64,000 nucleotides of DNA, taken from the NCBI GenBank assembly GCA_041671225.1, contig JBAZBY010000001.1:302940-366939 (forward strand), written 5' to 3'. Shown here piece after piece: positions 8,465 through 18,067 of this stretch. The stretch is from Patescibacteria group bacterium. GTDB lineage: Bacteria; Patescibacteriota; Patescibacteriia; JBAZBY01. How positions within the stretch are numbered: the first letter of the stretch is position 1; each line of letters opens with the position of its first letter. The position numbers and the translations under genes are program-made. The notes under the pieces are model-generated. The model saw nothing but the letters and a program-made list of their open reading frames with translations. It ran no database searches and had not been told where the DNA came from.

Positions 8465-10165
8465 ATGGAAGATGAACAACAACGCGGCCATCTTGATATA
8501 TCCTCGGATGATACCGAGCAGCGTTTTCAGGAAAAAATGGGCGCTATTGATATCAAACAAAAAGAACAACTCGTTGCCTTGCACGCGGATGAGCTCGGCA
8601 TGTCCTATATCAATCTTCTGAACTTTCCCATTGAGCAGGAGACGCTCGTGCTTGTGCCAGAAACACTTGCCCGGGATCTTGAGATAATGCCGTTTTTGTA
8701 TAGCGGAAAGGAAATCCGTATTGGCGTGGTTGACCCAAGAAAGCCAGGCCTCGAAAAAGCACTTGAGGATATAAAGATACAAAATCGAGGGAATGTGCAG
8801 ACGTATCTCATTTCTCCACATTCTTTTGCGCATGCCATAAAGAATTATGAGCGCCTGCCAAAACGAAAAAAAGTTATCCGCGGCGTTGAGATTTCTTCGG
8901 AGAATATAACAAAGTATCGTACCAAAGTTCCATTACAGGATTTTGCTCTACGACTTCAAAATGCGCCAATTACAGAAATATTCACCATCATTCTTGCTGG
9001 AGCCATTGATGTGCGCGCATCAGACATACACATCGAACCAGGAGAGGGCGATGCGCAGATTCGTTATCGTATTGATGGTGTGTTGAAGGACGTGGCAACA
9101 TTACCAAAAGAACTTTGGCCGCGCGTGCTTTCACGCCTGAAGCTGCTTGCCAAACTCAAATTGAATATTTCTAGCCGCCCTCAAGATGGCCGCATAACGC
9201 TTTTTCTTGATAGCGATACCCTTGATGTTCGTGTTTCCACACTACCAACACAATATGGAGAAACCATCGTGATGCGTATTCTTCTTAGTTCTGCGGCGCA
9301 ACTCGACCTGGAAGATCTTGGACTCAGAGGGGATACTTTTGAACGACTCAAAAAGCAAATACATCGCCCGAACGGATTACTGGTAACAACAGGGCCAACT
9401 GGTTCGGGTAAAACAACCACTCTGTATGCGGCGCTGAATCGTATCAATACACATGAAACAAAGATTGTGACCCTTGAGGATCCAATTGAATATAAGCTGG
9501 GAGATATTTCACAGAGTCAGGTGGATCCCTCAAAAGATTATACGTTTGCAAAAGGATTGCGCTCCATTCTTCGTCAGGATCCGGATGTCATCATGGTTGG
9601 AGAAATTCGGGATTTAGAAACAGCTGAGATTGCCATTCAAGCGACGCTCACGGGCCACCTTGTCCTTTCGACCATTCACACAAATAGCGCCGCTGCAGGT
9701 ATCCCGCGATTTATCGCCATGGGCGTGAAGCCTTTTTTGCTTGCCCCTGCTTTAAACAGCATCATGTCTCAACGTCTTGTCCGCCGTGTGTGTCAGGAGT
9801 GCAAAGAGGAGGCGCCGCTCTCAATAGAAGATCTTCGTCGCGTGGAAGAAATTTTCAAGAATCTTCCAGACAATGTGGTGGGGTATTCTATTTCACCCAA
9901 GACACCAGAACCGAAGTTTTATAAAGGTAAGGGATGTGATGTGTGCGGTGGGTCTGGCTACAAGGGGCGTATTGGTATTTATGAATTGCTTGAGATGAAT
10001 GAAGAGATTGAGGAGATGGTGAGTGATGGCCACGTTGCAGAATCTCGCATTCATAAAAGCGCCGTCGCACACGGGATGATCACCATGGTGCAGGATGGGC
10101 TCCTCAAAGCGCTTGAAGGAATTACCACTATTGAAGAAGTGTTCCGCGTGGCTGCTGAAGATTAA
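8465..10165 (+). CDS. GspE/PilB-family type IV pilus assembly ATPase
   Basis: ASDIHIEP, RPQDGR, TGPTGSGKTTTLY, LRQDPDVIMVGEIRD, GHLVLSTIH and a tetracysteine Zn motif. Confidence 0.95.
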   Translation: MEDEQQRGHLDISSDDTEQRFQEKMGAIDIKQKEQLVALHADELGMSYINLLNFPIEQETLVLVPETLARDLEIMPFLYSGKEIRIGVVDPRKPGLEKALEDIKIQNRGNVQTYLISPHSFAHAIKNYERLPKRKKVIRGVEISSENITKYRTKVPLQDFALRLQNAPITEIFTIILAGAIDVRASDIHIEPGEGDAQIRYRIDGVLKDVATLPKELWPRVLSRLKLLAKLKLNISSRPQDGRITLFLDSDTLDVRVSTLPTQYGETIVMRILLSSAAQLDLEDLGLRGDTFERLKKQIHRPNGLLVTTGPTGSGKTTTLYAALNRINTHETKIVTLEDPIEYKLGDISQSQVDPSKDYTFAKGLRSILRQDPDVIMVGEIRDLETAEIAIQATLTGHLVLSTIHTNSAAAGIPRFIAMGVKPFLLAPALNSIMSQRLVRRVCQECKEEAPLSIEDLRRVEEIFKNLPDNVVGYSISPKTPEPKFYKGKGCDVCGGSGYKGRIGIYELLEMNEEIEEMVSDGHVAESRIHKSAVAHGMITMVQDGLLKALEGITTIEEVFRVAAED

Positions 10166-10188
10166 GGAGCGTCGGAGTATGGAGGTTT

Positions 10189-13104
10189 TTAGGAAAATAG
10201 CGATTTTAATTCCTCAGCAGTTTGTGTGTACTGCCCCTGTTTTGCTTTCAGTTCAGCAACAATCTCTTTAGGGGCACGTTCAACAAACGTCTTATTTTGT
10301 AGTTGCCCAGCAATACGGTCAAGTTGCCTTTGGATATTTTCCAGCTCTTTTTGTATGCGTGATTGATCAATTGTTGTACCAAAGTTGCCGTAAATATTCG
10401 TTGGTTCGAGTAGGCGATCATTCTTCGTTTTACTACCCGTGCGCCATTCAAGTTTTGCGAGTCGTTGCAAAATATCTGCCATATCGCTAGAGCTATCCCC
10501 CGAACTAACCACAAAGGAGAGAGGGACGCTTTCTGGGAGGCCAGCATACTTTTTGTAGCGCCGTAATACGGTGATGGTTTTTACAAGCGATGCAAATTGA
10601 TTTTCTGATGCAAGATCGCGTTTTTTTACCTTTGGCCATTCCGCGATAATGAGTTGTTTTGGTTCTTGGAGCTCCTTTGGCAAATAGTGCCAGATTGTTT
10701 CAGTAACAAATGGCATGTAGGGGTGGAGGAGCTTGAGCGATGTCACAAGCACTTCACGAAGCAGCGCAGGGTTCGGCTGGAATTTTTCGATTTCTAGGTA
10801 CCAATCTGCAAATTCATGCCAAACAAATTCATAGAGCATGTCTCCGGCGCGACCGAATTGCAAAATATCCATTGCGGTCGTTGTTGTTTCAATAATTTCC
10901 TGCAAGCGCGAGAATAGCGCCTTTTCTGGCACAGTATTCAGGGTGAGTGTGTCTTTTGGGGATGCCGCAATTTTTGGGATGCTGTATCGCGCGATGTTCC
11001 AAAGTTTATTGACGAAGTTGCGGTAGCCGCGGATCTTCTCCTCGTAGACCTGTTGGTCCTGCCCGGGGGTGGTGCCGAGCGCGAGGGCGAGCCGCACGGC
11101 ATCCGCGCCATAGCGCTCGATCATGGCAAGCGGATCGATGCCGTTGCCAAGTGACTTGGACATCTTGCGGTTCTGCCGGTCCCGCAGCAGGCCGGAGAGA
11201 TACACAGTTTCAAACGGTTTATTATCAAGGCAAAAGCTCGTCATGAGCAGCATGCGCGCCACCCAGAAGAAGAGGATGTCGTATGCGGTCTCCATGACGG
11301 TGGTGGGGTGAAAGCGCTTCAAGTCCGCGGTGTTCTTTGGCCAGCCGAGCGTGGAGAATGTCCAGAGCGCACTTGAGAACCAGGTGTCCAGCACATCGGG
11401 GTCCTTCTTCCAACCGGCACCCTTAGGCGCTTTCTCACCGACGTATATTTCCACTGCTTCGTCCGGAAGTGTTGCCACGAAGCGATAATCATATATCCAT
11501 GCCGTGGTATTCTCGGTCACATGACGATTTGGGTTCAAGCGCTGGAAGGCCGCAAGTAATTCCGCGGTGGTGTGATATTTGTTGCCGTGTTTTACATCCG
11601 GCAGCACGATGCTTTTAACGGTTTTTTTGATGGCCGCCTCAATGATTGCATAGCCGAAGATCTTTTCCGTTGTACTGTTCTTGAATGCCACGATGTCACC
11701 TTTGTGCAGCTTGTGATCGCGGATTCGGTACGTGCGTGTTTTTCCGCGGAAGACCTCTGGGGCAATGTCACCATCCCAGCCCATGTGAAGGATTTTTTTT
11801 TCTTTGTACCATACCGGGATTGCATGCCCGTACCAGATCTGGCGCGAGATGTTCCAATCATGCAGATTCTCCATCCAGTGGAAGTATGTCTTTTTGAAGC
11901 GCTCCGGGAGGATCTGTACACTGTCGCCTTGTACGAGCTTCAGCGCTTGCGCTTTGAGGCTCGGGTGTTTTTTTCCATTCTTCACATACGGTTTGTCCAC
12001 GGCAACGAACCACTGTTTTGAGGGCAGCGGTTCAATGGGAGTGTTGCAGCGGTAGCAAAGAGAAAGGTTGTGCTGCAATGACTCCTCTTTTTTAATGAGC
12101 TTCTTGTCCCGAAGCTCTTCAACGAGTTTCTCTCTGGCGTCTCGCGCGGAGAGACCGGCATACGCTCCTGCCGCGTCGGTCATGCGGCCGTCTTCGCCGA
12201 TCACGGTGATGAAGGGCAATCCCTCCCGCTGTGCGATCGCTTCATCGGTCTGGGAATGGGCAGGGGTGACACCAAGCGCACCGGTACCGTATTCCATATC
12301 CACGCCGCGGTCGGCCACAACTTTTATCTCTCGCTTCACGCCGCCGAGGGATATGGCGAATGTTTTTCCGATATATTTTTTATATCGCGCGTCCTTTGGG
12401 TTCACTGCCACGCCGGTGTCGCCGAGTTTGGTCTCCGGACGCGTGGTGGCGATTGCGAACGGAAAATTCTTGTCATAGCGAAAAGTGTACAGTGTCGCTT
12501 GCTCGTCCCGATACGTCACCTCGTCATCTGCAAGGGTAGAGCCGCAGTGTGGGCACCAGTTGACCACGCGATGGCCGCGATAGATGAGCCCGGCGTTGTA
12601 CATATCTGTGAAGGCGCGTGCAACCGCTTTGGAAAGCTCCGGAGACAGCGTGAACTGCTCTCGTGACCAATCACACGATGCACCCATTGCGCGGATCTGG
12701 TTGCGGATGGTCCCTTTTGATTCCTCAACGTACCGCTCCACGCGCTTCAAAAATGCTTCGCGGCCGATGTCCTGCCGGGTCGTACCTTCTTGCGCGAGCA
12801 ACTGTTCCACCTTTGCATTCGTGGCAATGGCCGCATGGTCCGTGCCCGGAACCCACAGCGTATCTTTGCCGTTCATGCGGTGGAAGCGTACCAAAATGTC
12901 CTCCACGGTGATGCGCGCCGCATGGCCCAAGTGCAGTACGCCTGTTGCGTTTGGCGGCGGCATGGAAATGACGAATCGACCCACCTTTTTTCTCTTCACG
13001 AGGTTCGGCAGATTGTCAGGATTAAAATACCCTGCCTTGGGTTTTGCCGTTTCCCAGGCTTTTTCGATACCCTTTTCTTTACTGTGGTCGTAATTCTTTT
13101 CCAT
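10189..13104 (-). CDS. valS: Valyl-tRNA synthetase with an inserted ASCH-like domain
   Basis: PPPNATGVLHLGH, ATTRPET, DWNISRQIWYGH, DVLDTWFSS, KMSKSLGN and a C-terminal coiled coil; about 105 extra residues after IPVWY. Confidence 0.97.
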   Translation of the reverse strand: MEKNYDHSKEKGIEKAWETAKPKAGYFNPDNLPNLVKRKKVGRFVISMPPPNATGVLHLGHAARITVEDILVRFHRMNGKDTLWVPGTDHAAIATNAKVEQLLAQEGTTRQDIGREAFLKRVERYVEESKGTIRNQIRAMGASCDWSREQFTLSPELSKAVARAFTDMYNAGLIYRGHRVVNWCPHCGSTLADDEVTYRDEQATLYTFRYDKNFPFAIATTRPETKLGDTGVAVNPKDARYKKYIGKTFAISLGGVKREIKVVADRGVDMEYGTGALGVTPAHSQTDEAIAQREGLPFITVIGEDGRMTDAAGAYAGLSARDAREKLVEELRDKKLIKKEESLQHNLSLCYRCNTPIEPLPSKQWFVAVDKPYVKNGKKHPSLKAQALKLVQGDSVQILPERFKKTYFHWMENLHDWNISRQIWYGHAIPVWYKEKKILHMGWDGDIAPEVFRGKTRTYRIRDHKLHKGDIVAFKNSTTEKIFGYAIIEAAIKKTVKSIVLPDVKHGNKYHTTAELLAAFQRLNPNRHVTENTTAWIYDYRFVATLPDEAVEIYVGEKAPKGAGWKKDPDVLDTWFSSALWTFSTLGWPKNTADLKRFHPTTVMETAYDILFFWVARMLLMTSFCLDNKPFETVYLSGLLRDRQNRKMSKSLGNGIDPLAMIERYGADAVRLALALGTTPGQDQQVYEEKIRGYRNFVNKLWNIARYSIPKIAASPKDTLTLNTVPEKALFSRLQEIIETTTTAMDILQFGRAGDMLYEFVWHEFADWYLEIEKFQPNPALLREVLVTSLKLLHPYMPFVTETIWHYLPKELQEPKQLIIAEWPKVKKRDLASENQFASLVKTITVLRRYKKYAGLPESVPLSFVVSSGDSSSDMADILQRLAKLEWRTGSKTKNDRLLEPTNIYGNFGTTIDQSRIQKELENIQRQLDRIAGQLQNKTFVERAPKEIVAELKAKQGQYTQTAEELKSLFS

Positions 13105-13149
13105 GCTTGTTATAACCTACCATCTACAACCTACGCCCTACAACCTTTC

Positions 13150-14262
13150 TCATACCAATTCCCAATTGGGATCCGCAAACAGGCGCTTGGAATTTTTTCC
13201 GCCATGCGGCGTAAGCGCGACCCGCTTTCGGCGAGGCTCGCCAAGGGCGGCAGCTGCAGCAATCATTGCTGCGTTGTCTGTGGCAAATTCAAGCTTCGGT
13301 TGGAAGTATTTTGCAGAGGTTTCCTTCTTGACCGCAGCTTCAAGTTCCTTGCGGAGCCTTTTGTTTGCCGCAACACCTCCACCAATTAATACGCTTTTTG
13401 CCTTGTACTTTTTTGCTGCGCGAACGGTTTTTTTGACCAACACATCAACAACCGCTTGTTCAAAACTCGCCGCAAGATCCTTTTTGTAGTGCATATTCTT
13501 TTTCCACCCCGGCTTTTTATCCGTGGCATAGAGCACTGCGGTTTTTAAACCTGAGAATGAAAAAGAAAAATCATCACGATCCAACATGGGCCGCGGGAGC
13601 TTTATTGCTTCAACATTTCCCTGAGCAGCGAGTTTGGAGATTTGTGGCCCACCAGGGTATGGGAGTCCCATATGCTTTGCCACTTTATCAAATGCCTCAC
13701 CTGCCGCGTCATCAACCGTGCGGCCAAGGAGGCGGTACTTTCCAAAACCCGTCATTAAAATAAGCTCCGTGTGTCCACCAGAGACCGTAAGTACTACTGC
13801 GGGGAAGGGAATTTTCGGAACAGTTTTTCCTTTATTGGGGATCCAGTTTGCTACGATATGCCCTTCCATGTGGTTCATGGGGAGGAAGGCGGCATGATGG
13901 AACCCAGCAAGCATTTTTGCCGTCTCTACGCCCACCATGAGCGCAGGAGAAAGACCAGGACCGGCTGTAACCGCAAAGATATCAATATCCTTTAGGGTGG
14001 CTTTGGATTGCGTGAGCGCTTCTTCGATCACTGGCGCAAGTGTCATCGCATGTTCGCGTGCTGCAACTTCTGGCACCACGCCGCCCGTTTTGCGGTGAAT
14101 ATCCACTTGCGAGGCAACAACATGACTTTTCAAATCAAACATGCCTTTGCTTGCTCGAGCGATTGCAACAGCAGTTTCATCACATGATGTCTCTATGGCG
14201 AGTATCCACGTTCCGGATTTTTTGACACGAGTCCGCCTCTGGCGGTCGAGTATGGTTTTCAT
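13150..14262 (-). CDS. tsaD: tRNA N6-adenosine threonylcarbamoyltransferase TsaD
   Basis: ILAIETSCDET, GGVVPEVAAREH, HMEGH, VSGGHT, DDAAGEAFDKVA, TDNAAMIA. Confidence 0.97.
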   Translation of the reverse strand: MKTILDRQRRTRVKKSGTWILAIETSCDETAVAIARASKGMFDLKSHVVASQVDIHRKTGGVVPEVAAREHAMTLAPVIEEALTQSKATLKDIDIFAVTAGPGLSPALMVGVETAKMLAGFHHAAFLPMNHMEGHIVANWIPNKGKTVPKIPFPAVVLTVSGGHTELILMTGFGKYRLLGRTVDDAAGEAFDKVAKHMGLPYPGGPQISKLAAQGNVEAIKLPRPMLDRDDFSFSFSGLKTAVLYATDKKPGWKKNMHYKKDLAASFEQAVVDVLVKKTVRAAKKYKAKSVLIGGGVAANKRLRKELEAAVKKETSAKYFQPKLEFATDNAAMIAAAAALGEPRRKRVALTPHGGKNSKRLFADPNWELV

Positions 14263-14387
14263 AGGAGCATTGTAGCAGAAGGTTGACAAAAACGTACATT
14301 TTGCTATGGTGTTTTGTCCTTCTGCAGTGGAACCATACAACTCAACGGAGCGCATGCAGGCATGCGCACTCTCTGAAGGAGAATCCC

Positions 14388-14960
14388 ATGCGTTTCGTAT
14401 CCCTTCTCGTGCTCGTTGTCCTGGCGTTGTGTGCGCAGTCCGCTGATGCCGGAATGGTGGCCAATACCAAATTGGCTGTTCACGAAACAGCGCCGGTTTC
14501 GCCCGACTCCAGTTGGCAGGTTGCGGCGTGGATGCTTCTACCAGACATGGACAGCAACCCGACTACGATGGTTGCAGTTGTTGGGCCCCGCTACCAGGCG
14601 AAGACCTGGTGGCTCGAGTTCAACCTCGGCGCTTTCGTTGCCGATCAGCATGCTCGCGGCGTCATCGACATTCGTGCCGCGTTCAGTGGGTGGGATCCGC
14701 TCTTCACGTGTGCCAATGTGCAAAGTACGCCAGAACTCGGCTCCTGGTATTTCTACGCCGATCTGGATCGGAAACTTCCCTACGGTCGCATCGGCATTGA
14801 GACCGAGGATCGCCTCCCTCAAGGGAAAGACGATTACAGCGCGGGCGTGCACGTGGTCCTTCCCTTTAAAGGAATGTGCATGTATGTCGCATACCAGCGG
14901 CACTTCCTCAGGCGGGGCGACGAGCAACTATGGATTCGGGCAATCCTCCTGACTCCATGA
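14388..14960 (+). CDS. Secreted hypothetical protein, predicted all-beta (beta-barrel-like)
   Basis: SD AAGGAG before ATG 14388; signal peptide ending ADA; many amphipathic aromatic strands. Confidence 0.7.
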   Translation: MRFVSLLVLVVLALCAQSADAGMVANTKLAVHETAPVSPDSSWQVAAWMLLPDMDSNPTTMVAVVGPRYQAKTWWLEFNLGAFVADQHARGVIDIRAAFSGWDPLFTCANVQSTPELGSWYFYADLDRKLPYGRIGIETEDRLPQGKDDYSAGVHVVLPFKGMCMYVAYQRHFLRRGDEQLWIRAILLTP

Positions 14961-14983
14961 CATGTTTTCTGGCCTTGGTTCTT

Positions 14984-15020
14984 GCCCGGGTAACCTCTGA
15001 TGAGGCCCCGGGCGTTTTTT
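14984..15020 (+). terminator. Intrinsic terminator
   Basis: GCCCGGG..CCTC-TGAT-GAGG..CCCGGGC followed by GTTTTTT. Confidence 0.65.
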
Positions 15021-15062
15021 ATATTCCTTGCCCTCGCGACGTAGCTCGCGTATTATAAGGGT

Positions 15063-17078
15063 ATGAATACTCGTGGTCTTATTTATACCCTTAGTTTCGC
15101 TGTTGTTGTTGTTGCCGGGTTATTGTATTCGTTGTGGGCAGATCCATTTGGCCTTCTCAATAAGAATGAGAATGCGAACACTGCTGTGAATCTGAACACG
15201 AATACCTCAACGTTTACCGAAGACGGCATTCAGGCGTTTACTTCTGCCGAAGAGTTTCGGTCCTATCTCGCAAGCGCCCCAAGCACATCAACAACATATT
15301 CTCTTGCCGCGCCGCGCGCCGCGCTTGATGGCGATTTTGTCGTTGAAGATATCGGGACCACTGTTGGTTTAGGAACGAGTGAGCTTGCCGCACCAGATAC
15401 ACAGACCGTTGAGCGCGTTTCCGAAACGAATGTTCAAGTGCAAGGCATTGATGAGCCGGACATTGTGAAGACTGATGGTACCACCTTGTTCCTCTCGCAG
15501 GAGGATTATTTTTCCCAACCGTTTTTTGGGTTTGAGCGTCAGGTTGCGCCTCTTGAGGGCGACGCCATTGCTCCGGAATTCGCCAGGATTGCTGAAACGA
15601 AATCCGTGACCGTATTCCCCATTGAGGATCTCGAAGAAGCAGGCAGCGTTGAGGATGCCGGCGATCTTCTCCTCATCGGCAGTAACCTCATGGTGCTGAA
15701 GCAGACCGGCATCACCGCATACGATGTTTCTGACCCGACAACATTTGAAAAACAATGGACGCTTGAATACGATAATGGACAATATCTCGAAACAGCACGC
15801 ATGTTTGATGGGAAGCTCTATCTTATAACGCGTCAGTATGTGGACAGGATAACGCCATGCCCCCTTGAGCCATTCATACTTGATGGGGAAGCATTTGTTG
15901 TTCCCTGCGATACTATTTTTCATCCCGTGACCCCTGTGACCGTTGATGCCACCTATACCGCAGCGATTATCGATCCGGCAACGGGTGCTGTTCAGGAGAG
16001 TATTTCGTTCGTGGGGGAGCAGAGTTCGAGCACGATCTATATGTCACCGAATGCTCTGTATGTTTTTTTCACCCAGTATCAGAGCCAGGCGAACCTTCTT
16101 CTGGACTTTGTGCTCGGAGAAGGCGCTTCGGTCTTCCCGCAGTCCGTACGAACAGACCTCGAGCGGGTGCAAGGGTATGATATTAGTGATCAGGCAAAAG
16201 AGATTGAGTTCTCATTGATCCTTGAGGACTATTTTACATCACTCACCCCGGAAGAAGAGGCAACGTTGCAGAATACCTATCAGGATCTTTTTGAAGCGTA
16301 TCTTGAAAAGCGAGCACGCGAATTTGTTACCAGTGGCATTGTGAAGATCTCTCTCGATTCATTCACCGTGGCAGGAACCGGTGAGGTGCCTGGCTATCTT
16401 TTGAACCAATTTTCTGTTGATGAATACAATGGCAATCTTCGTGTTGCAACAACAAGTGATGCAAACCTTGGCGGAGCGAGCGTGAATGATGTTTATATTT
16501 TAGATAAGGACTTAAAGACCATAGGCTCCGTACTTGATCTTGGCGTTGGTGAACGAATCTACAGCGCACGATTCATTGGCGACAAGGGGTATGTTGTGAC
16601 ATTCCGGCAAATCGATCCATTCTACGTGCTTGATCTTTCTATACCGACCGATCCAAAAAAAACCGGGGAGTTAAAAATTCCTGGATTTTCATCCTATCTT
16701 GATCCGCTAACGGAGAATCTTGTTCTTGGCGTGGGAGAAGCAAGCGGTCAGACGAAGCTCTCTCTTTTTAATGTTGCAGATCCAGAAAACCCCATTGAGG
16801 CGGCCAATTTTAATCTTGATGCATATTGGTCAGGCGTCAGCGAGTCACATCACGCATTCCTCCACGATGCAACATTTTCGGCATTCTTTCTTCCCGCGGG
16901 CGAGGATGGATATATCTTCTCATACACAGACGATGGCCTCACCCTGGAGAAGGTTGTTGAGGATGTAGGCGCACAACGCGCGATCTATGTGAATGAGAAC
17001 TTGTATGTTGTTGGCAGTTCCAAAATTGTGGTTCTGGATGAGAAGACGTGGGAAGAAGTAGCGTCTCTTTCGCTGTAA
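15063..17078 (+). CDS. Membrane-anchored beta-propeller domain protein (Beta_propel family)
   Basis: SETNVQVQGIDEPDIVKTDG, LLNQFSVDEYNGNLRVATT, GERIYSARF, VTFRQIDP, GELKIPGFSSYL; N-terminal TM. Confidence 0.9.
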   Translation: MNTRGLIYTLSFAVVVVAGLLYSLWADPFGLLNKNENANTAVNLNTNTSTFTEDGIQAFTSAEEFRSYLASAPSTSTTYSLAAPRAALDGDFVVEDIGTTVGLGTSELAAPDTQTVERVSETNVQVQGIDEPDIVKTDGTTLFLSQEDYFSQPFFGFERQVAPLEGDAIAPEFARIAETKSVTVFPIEDLEEAGSVEDAGDLLLIGSNLMVLKQTGITAYDVSDPTTFEKQWTLEYDNGQYLETARMFDGKLYLITRQYVDRITPCPLEPFILDGEAFVVPCDTIFHPVTPVTVDATYTAAIIDPATGAVQESISFVGEQSSSTIYMSPNALYVFFTQYQSQANLLLDFVLGEGASVFPQSVRTDLERVQGYDISDQAKEIEFSLILEDYFTSLTPEEEATLQNTYQDLFEAYLEKRAREFVTSGIVKISLDSFTVAGTGEVPGYLLNQFSVDEYNGNLRVATTSDANLGGASVNDVYILDKDLKTIGSVLDLGVGERIYSARFIGDKGYVVTFRQIDPFYVLDLSIPTDPKKTGELKIPGFSSYLDPLTENLVLGVGEASGQTKLSLFNVADPENPIEAANFNLDAYWSGVSESHHAFLHDATFSAFFLPAGEDGYIFSYTDDGLTLEKVVEDVGAQRAIYVNENLYVVGSSKIVVLDEKTWEEVASLSL

Positions 17079-17194
17079 CCTTATTGCCGGGTTGATTTTC
17101 TCGACCATTGGCACCCTTGTTGCCATACCGATTCTGTACAATCTGTTCCACAAATCAAAGCGGAAGGTGCTTTTGTTTATGCTACAATGGCGCA

Positions 17195-18019
17195 ATGGAC
17201 TTTCTTTTGCTCTCAGTAATTTTTTTTGCATCGGGCGTCTTGGCGTTGGCGTATTATCATTTTGTTCCATCCGCAGATGCGCTGCGCAGACGCCTTCCCA
17301 ATAAAGTAAGCCCGGCAGCGTTATTACTTACCGCCGTACTCGCCGGCGCATTGTGGTATTTGTTTTCCAACTATGCCGGATTTTCACGGTATTACATTTT
17401 ATTTGCATTACTGTTTGCGCTCCTTATCTTTGAAACGGTTTTTTTGCTGCTCATCCGCTGGGTACGGTCCGATACGCTATTAGTCACCGTTAGTCTTGTT
17501 TCTGCCGGTGGGATTTTTGCCGTGGAGATTGCAGCACCCTCATTCGTATTACTGAACAGCATTGTTATTATTGCAACCTTTGGCGCGGCAACGCTGCTCG
17601 TACGTCTGAACATGCTGCGCACGTGGATGTTTCACGCGTTAGCAATACTTTGGACGTTCTATGACATCTGGCTCGTGCGCGAGGTGCTCCCGCGCGTCTT
17701 CAAGCCCAGCGAACCCACGGCAGAACCGCGCTACTTTTTCTTTCCCGTGATCACCGCCGGCCGCCTTTCTCTTGGCAGCGGGGATGTCATGTTTCTGGTT
17801 CTCATGGCGCTCGTGCTCTTCCGCGAGTACGGCAAGACCGCCGCGTTCACGCTTGTGGTCGCAGAAACAGCGGGTCTTTTGGCAACCGGCTTATTTCTCC
17901 CGGAGGACGGATTCCAGATCCCATTCCTGGTGGTGATGACGCCGATTTTCTTTTTGGTGTATGGCGTGGCGTGGTGGCAGCGACGCAGAATTACTTCCCG
18001 CTCTTCCCCGCGGCTATAG
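17195..18019 (+). CDS. Presenilin/signal-peptide-peptidase-like (A22, GxGD) intramembrane aspartyl protease
   Basis: Multi-TM protein with FYDIWLV (YD), LGSGDVMF (LGxGD) and QIPFL in the PAL position. Confidence 0.7.
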   Translation: MDFLLLSVIFFASGVLALAYYHFVPSADALRRRLPNKVSPAALLLTAVLAGALWYLFSNYAGFSRYYILFALLFALLIFETVFLLLIRWVRSDTLLVTVSLVSAGGIFAVEIAAPSFVLLNSIVIIATFGAATLLVRLNMLRTWMFHALAILWTFYDIWLVREVLPRVFKPSEPTAEPRYFFFPVITAGRLSLGSGDVMFLVLMALVLFREYGKTAAFTLVVAETAGLLATGLFLPEDGFQIPFLVVMTPIFFLVYGVAWWQRRRITSRSSPRL

Positions 18020-18067
18020 CCCTCGGCCTTTGGCCTACGGACAAGGCCTTACGGGCGAGGTGACCAG

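Noticed and set aside
11470-11800. Intein in ValRS
   Set aside because: No N-terminal Cys/Ser or C-terminal His-Asn splice motifs; the insert resembles ASCH instead.
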